Part shown: positions 59,922 to 64,000 of the stretch, piece by piece
Position numbering within the stretch: position 1 is the stretch's first letter
How the letters are laid out: each line of letters begins with the position of its first letter
Assembly (NCBI GenBank): GCA_965645245.1
Contig: OZ287078.1
Location: 1,240,001 to 1,304,000 of the forward strand
Length of the DNA stretch: 64,000 bases
Reading direction: 5' to 3'
Source: Massalongia carnosa
Taxonomy: Eukaryota
Translations under genes and position numbers: made by a program
Notes under the pieces: generated by a model
The model's input: only the letters and a program-made list of their open reading frames with translations
Told to the model about the DNA's origin: nothing
Database searches by the model: none

Positions 59922-62900
59922 TCAAACATGCCGGTTCGCATCCGCCTGCATCCGCCGCATAGCCTCGCGATGCTTCTCCTTCAACCCGCCCATCCGCATC
60001 CCCCGATCGATGTCACTTTCCCGCTTCCCCACCTCCATGGCAGCCCACTGCTGACTCGTCGACGCGCGCCTCTTTTCGCTCAGCATTTCGGAGCGGCGGG
60101 CCTCGATGTCTTGCACTGCTTGCTGCGCTGGAAGGCCGGAGCGGAGAGTGGAGCGCCAGACCGAAAGGGTGGATTCCCGTGGGTTAGGGCCCGAGGAGGA
60201 GCGTTGAGGTTGCAAGTTGAGGGACGAGCGCGATGGATGTTGGGAGAGTTGCTGTTGTTGAAGGAGCGATTTTCGATGGGATAGAGGGATGTTATCCTCG
60301 TCCAGATCAGCCAAGCGGTCCTCTTGGAATGGAAGCGATTCGTTCGAGGCTTCGGGTGGAGCAAACGGATGCGATGAAACGACGCGGTTGAACGAAGTCG
60401 ATGACGCTTTGTTGAGAATAATATTATCACGTTGCGACATCAAGTTCATGGGAGAAGGGGTAAAACGAGCTGGAAAAGATGATTCAACTCCTTCTTCGAT
60501 CGGAGTTCCAATAAGCGGCGAGTTGGTAAGTGGCGTTGAGCTACTTCGAATCCCGGCTCTGTTGGTGATTAGAGAGGTCTGAGACAGCGATCTTTCAAAA
60601 GAATTTCCTGCCGATTGTCGACGAGGGGCTATCGACCGCTGCGCACCGCGAGGGTCTGCTAAAGAGTCCCTGGACAGCGAGGAGAGGGATCGCACCATTG
60701 ACGGCAGCTGAGATCGGTCATTCAGTATAGGATCTGGCTCGGCGGTCAGAGGGGTTTGCTGCAATTCGTTGATATACAGCGGCGCAGCGGTTTCGTTTGC
60801 TCTTGTCACACACATTCCGCCTGGGATATCTCCGGCATCTACATCTCCAAGCCCTGATGGCTCTGGAGCTTCTGCAGCCTCGAGATGTTTTGCCCACTCA
60901 TTGGTTCTAAATGCCATGGCAACTTTAGACGCACTGTCTGGAAGATGTCCACTAAGATTTGAAGATTTGCCACGCGGCTCAAGCACCTCCGGGGAGATAG
61001 GAACGTTCTCCACGCCGCGCTCCTGTCCCGGCAGCACAAGAGTCTGAGACAGCCGCTTCTCCCCAGTCAAAGAATCTTGCGCAGAAAGGTTGAACGTGTT
61101 TTCTCCCATGAAAGATGAAGTAGCCACAGACCGGACGTTGTCTACAGCGGCTGAATTTGATTGCCCAGCTTTAGCCAGCGGTCCGAGGTCGGTTATAGTG
61201 TTGCCAGTGCCAAGGACTCCAGGTCCGGACTTGGCTTCTCCGTCATCCGAACTATAATGAGAAGACACGTCGTCGACCGTAGCAGCCACAGAAGAAGCTC
61301 GATCGTCGTCGTTATGAGGTATCAATACTTCATCCATGAACGACCGACCTGTTGAGTGGCGTTGCGACCTCTTGGAGAGACTTCTCAAGATGGAGCCACC
61401 AGAAAGTCTTTTGGACAATCTGTTAGGTAGATGATCTGAAGGCGCAAACGTTGCGACCGAGGACATATCGTCGTCATCAGGTAGGCTAGATTCTGGTACA
61501 TTAAAAGGTAATGGGATAACCTCTGGTCCTGAGAAACCTTTAGATTTCTTAGAGGCGCCTTGATCTTGAGCTGGATTCTTTGCGGATAGGCGCTTGTCCC
61601 CTGTTTCATCGAGGTGCCGTGAAGAAGTTTCCATGGCGTTGTGATCATTTATTTTTGACTGCTCGAAGCCAACCGAGAGAGCTGGCTCCGCATTGTGATC
61701 TGAAGCCACGTGCACCACAACTGCTTTAGCATCGTTGCGGCCCAGAATTCCATCAGAGGAGGCTCTCCGGCTCGAATCCTGAGTGCTTGCCAAGTTGCTC
61801 ATCTCAACACTCTCGGTACCCGAATTCCGAATTTCTCTGATTCTGACAGCCCCTATCGATCCTTTGCGAACGCTGCCAGGTTCATCAGTACCCACGCCGG
61901 AGTCTACCTGGCGCCCTTTTACATAATCCTTGTCGCCATAAACAGCTTCCCACATAGCACGTTCATGTTCGTTATTTTCTTCCACCTTTCTTCCTAGATC
62001 TTCTTCCGCCTGGTTTCGGCGCTGCTCCTCTTCGAGATGCGCCGCAGCCCGTTGCTCCCTTCTTTCCTTGACAATTTTCCAAATCTTCATTTGCGACATG
62101 ACGCCCAGAAGGAACAGAATGATTATGCAAGCAATCTCGACTCGAATTCCACGCGTGATAGGATAAGGTTTATTGTAGTGAGGGGGGAGTAAATCAGCGT
62201 TCAAATCCCAAAGATACAGCCAAAACTCTTTCAGCCCAGCCCGGCTAAAGCAGTCAACGCCAAGGATTATCACCGTTGCACCTGCAAACGATATGGATCC
62301 AATAAGTCCATACGGGCGTGTGAAGTGGAGAAGATATAGGGCAAATGATCCCAAGGTAAAACTCGCAATCATAATCACTTTTCCAGCTGTGGAGGTGACG
62401 AGACCGCCTGGCCTTAGAACTAGAAACCACATGCTCAAGGAAAACCCCCCGAGGAGGCATCCCAACCCCTCCGTGACATCAGCAAACATCACAGAGCCAC
62501 CACCAAAAACAATGCCTGTTAGGATTGCTGCCACAACGTAGGCGCCTTGAATAGCCTTGCTAACCGGTGGATTCATTACATATATAATAAGGACCTATAC
62601 GCTATCAGAAAATGACCAAAAGGTAGCCCGTCAACGATGACTACGACGTACCGTAACTGCGAGACCTGTCAAATATGCTGCGGAGAGAAAAATATGAAGC
62701 CTTCAGCACCGTCAGCACCACAGGTATAGGCAGAGAGCGTCAGTCTTACCATTTCGTCTTAATTCCAATAAGAGTGTAAAATACACCGGTCAGGATGAGA
62801 AACGCACCAGCCACCGAGAGTGCAGGAGTGATTCTTGGACGAATGGGAAGCCCATCAGGATTTGTATTTGTTGTACCTAGGCGAATTAGCATGTGCACGA

Positions 62901-63248
62901 GTCATTAGACATGAGAAGAATATGCATACTATTGCCCGTGGAAACTACAGAGGGACTGGCAGTTGAACTGGTCACCAAAAAGGTTCCAGTGATGGAAGAT
63001 GGTGTTTTCGACGTCGCTTTGGCTAAGGCTGACGACAAGGAATTCGAAATCGTCTCTGAAGAGCCCGTCACGCTGGCCGACGTCGAAAGCGTGCCAAGGC
63101 TATCGTGTGTCGCGTCCCTACTCGACAACGTGGAAGCAGACACAGAGTCTCGACGAGGCAGAACTGGATATCGCTTTGCTGAGACCTCGGAACAGCTGAT
63201 TGCTGCTAGAGCAATCACCAAGGGAAAGTATTGCCATTGAGAACGCAT
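59922..63248 (-). CDS. DUF4203 (TM7S3/TMEM198-like) multi-pass membrane protein with a long disordered C-tail, multi-exon
   Basis: Signal peptide and Ser/Thr-rich exon 1; LPIRPRITPALSVAG; several TM helices; GVDCFSRAGLKEFW; FRTNEWAKHL; HREAMRRMQ. Confidence 0.85.
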
Positions 63249-64000
63249 GTTGTCAACTCTTCAGTCCTCTTTTGCTTCATCGAAAGGTGCACGCCGATGC
63301 TCAGCCTCGCCAGACTCTCCAACACGTCCAGATGCTAATGCTCCCCAGAACCATATGGCGCTGACCAGGTCTGTAAGGAGGGCGTGAGCGACCGTTGAGA
63401 AAGGAAATGTGCGGGCTTACCAACGTCACGACCGCACCAACGTGACGACAGTACTCTTATGCGTGGAAAGTTGGAAAAGTCAAACGACAACGAAAATGCA
63501 GACTCAACGAGGATTTTCGTCAGGATCGGCGGACATATCGACGGACACATCAGAGAAATGGCGCTGGGAAACCCGGGGTGTCCTGCCATGCCCAGCAAAG
63601 AATTGGATGAGAGGATTCGGGGTCAAGGTTCGTTGCCAGCGTGCATGGGGCCTAGGAACCTGAACGCTGGAAAACTGGGTTCTATCAAATCAAAACACGC
63701 CCAGGACCCGAAGGCCGAAGGGGCTGACGGGTGGTTCGAACAAAACGAAATTGGCATTCGCGTTTGATGAGGGGGATTCGCCAGGAGCTAAGCTCAGCGT
63801 TCGTTCGTGATTCGAATCGACTTACTCCGTAGGTGCAAGATTGTTATTAGCTGTCATTTGGGGGATGTTGTTATTCTGGGCATGAAGTGTCGTTTAGTGG
63901 GAGCAATCGAACGATACGCTCGTAGAGTCCCAAAGCGGATGGTCCATATTGGTAATGAAATTAGTTTCGTATTGAATGCAACCCCGGTCGGTACTCTCGG

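Overview
Eukaryotic DNA from a filamentous ascomycete (Pezizomycotina, inferred from gene content and short GT-AG introns with CTAAC/CTAAT branch sites; the species cannot be determined from the sequence). Two blocks of conserved housekeeping genes flank a gene-poor, transposon-rich interval of about 23 kb (19.5-42.4 kb). Left block: NDUFA12, PGS1, SLP1-type SUN protein, YBT1-like ABCC transporter, plus two disrupted genes. Right block: Sth1/Snf21 ATPase, BAR protein, RPL2, WHIM1-like protein, DUF1770, a USP deubiquitinase ending in a CaaX box, DUF4203. The interval holds a TIR-bounded DD34E Tc1-like element, a chimeric Tc1/pogo(Fot1) nest, a Ty1/copia gag relic, decayed gene remnants and only two intact genes, both with signal peptides: an S10 carboxypeptidase and an intronless, GC-rich DUF3494 ice-binding protein with bacterial-type motifs. 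The ice-binding gene is the most interesting element and a horizontal transfer candidate. I found no tRNA, rRNA, CRISPR array or Starship captain. All family assignments are by-eye motif recognition, not database searches.
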